From NCBI GenBank assembly GCA_964057225.1, contig OZ059899.1:9114001-9178000 (forward strand): a DNA stretch of 64,000 nucleotides. The letters run 5' to 3'. The position numbers were made by a program, and so were the translations under genes. Of this stretch, positions 62,543 to 64,000 are shown one piece after another. The stretch is from Auanema rhodensis. Taxonomy: Eukaryota > Animalia > Nematoda. A model generated the notes under the pieces. That model did not search any database. It saw nothing but the letters and a program-made list of their open reading frames with translations, and had not been told where the DNA came from. How positions within the stretch are numbered: the stretch's first letter is position 1; each line of letters starts with the position of its first letter.

Positions 62543-64000
62543 TAAATTTTTTTCATTTAACTTGTCATTCATAAAAATCGAATTTATTTTTTTCAATGAT
62601 TTTTTTTTGCAATGTGTCATAAGAATTACACAGTTGAACAAAACGTTTTTTAAGAATTTTCTTTGTTGTCAACATATATATTTTCCTGGAATTCGAAAGC
62701 ATTTGGGATGGAAATTAGAAAGAAAAGAACTACTTTTTCCTACTTTAAAACAAACAATAAGAAATAAAATGAAAAAGATTGTTAGATATCCAATTTAAAC
62801 TTATACATTTACTTCGATAAAGAGCCTATTAGATTGAAATTTTATGTCTTACAGTTCTCCAACAGAACAGACTGATCCTGATTTCTCTATGATTACATAA
62901 AACTCCCGTTTGATATAAAAAAAGGAGAGGAATAACGTTTCCAGGATGTCAAGGATATCGAATCTAGTGATATTGTAGAAAAATGTAATGTCAGCTCCAT
63001 AGGTTTTCTCCTAATTTCTCTCATCACAATTGTCTTAGTTTTTTTTCTCATAAGAGTTTCTGAAATCTTAGGTGAACAAGGCCGTATAAAATTTCCTGGA
63101 ATTCGAAAGCATTTGGGATGGAAATTAGAAAGAAAAGAACTAGTTTTTCCTACTTTAAAACAAACAATAAGAAATAAAATGAAAAAGATTGTTAGATATC
63201 CAATTTAAACATATACATTAACTTCGATAAAGAGCGTATTAGATTGAAATTTTATGTCTTACAGTACTCCAACAGAACAGACTGATCTTGATTTCTCTAC
63301 AATTACATAAAACTCCCGTTTGATATAAAAAAAGGAGAGGAATAATGTTTTCAGGATGTCAAGGATATCGAATCTAGTGATATTGTAGAGAAATGTAATG
63401 TCAGCTCCATAGGTTTTCTCCTAATTTCTCTCATCACAATTGTCTTAGTTTTTTTCTCATAAGAGTTTCTGAAATCTTAGGTGAACAAGGCCGTATAAAA
63501 TTTCCTGGAATTCGAAAGCATTTGGGATGGAAATTAGAAAGAAAAGAACTAGTTTTTCCTACTTTAAAACAAACAATAAGAAATAAAATGAAAAAGATTG
63601 TCAGTTATCCAATTTAAACTTATACATTTACTTCGATAAAGAGCCTATTAGTTTGAAATTTCATGTCTTACAGTTCTCCAACAGAACAGACTGATCCTGA
63701 TTTTTCTACGATTACATAAAATTCTCGTTTGATATAAAAAAAGGAGAGGAATAACGTTTCCAGGATGTCAAGGATATCGAATCTAGTGATATTGTAGAGA
63801 AATGTAATGTCAGCTCTATAGGTTTTCTCCTAATTTCTCTCATCACAATTGTCTTAGTTTTTTTTCTCATAAGAGTTTCTGAAATCTTAGGTGAACAAGG
63901 CCGTATAAAATTTCCTGGAATTCGAAAGCATTTGGGATGGAATTTAGAAAGAAAAGAACTAGTTTTTCCTACTTTAAAACAAACAATAAGAAATAAAATG

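Larger units (their letters stand above)
21546..64000 (+). repeat. Tandem tRNA-Arg(ACG) array, block 2, running off the window
   Basis: 43 full tRNA units plus many ~410 bp deleted units; higher-order periods of ~1020, ~1430, ~1629 and 2659 bp. Confidence 0.97.

Noticed and set aside
1198-62798. Recurrent 63-104 aa ORFs (MQCVIRISQ..., MDNASAYGAEDC..., MRKKTKT...)
   Set aside because: Chance frames in the AT-rich repeat unit, many starting at TTG or inside the tRNA, opened and closed by homopolymer indels; no protein-like features.
1103-64000. CRISPR-like repeat/spacer array
   Set aside because: Spacers are near-identical copies rather than unique sequences, the repeat is a tRNA gene, and the context is eukaryotic with no cas genes.

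Overview
AT-rich eukaryotic DNA, very likely nematode (nematode-type tRNA-Arg-ACG, 45-50 nt introns with TTTCAG/TTTTAG acceptors). About 52 kb is a head-to-tail tandem array of a ~609 bp unit carrying one tRNA-Arg(ACG) gene (54 full-length copies counted by eye). It is interleaved with a ~410 bp deletion unit that lacks the tRNA, forming higher-order repeats and becoming mostly tRNA-less after ~56 kb. Two things interrupt the array. (1) A 4,192 bp, apparently intact Mutator-like (MULE) DNA transposon at 17354-21545, with 180 bp TIRs, a 9 bp TSD GAAGATTGT and a 15-exon DDE transposase; it sits inside a tRNA gene between the A and B boxes. Its 3' end is present again at 1-1102. (2) A 6.8 kb rearranged Polinton/Maverick block at 10500-17295, with a frameshifted packaging ATPase, minor capsid, C2H2 zinc-finger gene, protease fragment, intron-containing pPolB fragments, a Polinton terminus and a truncated major capsid. 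It looks like one Polinton nested in another. Positions 1-10499 recur essentially identically 20,443 bp downstream, so the Polinton block lies at the junction of a large tandem duplication. All family assignments come from motif recognition by eye; no database search was run.
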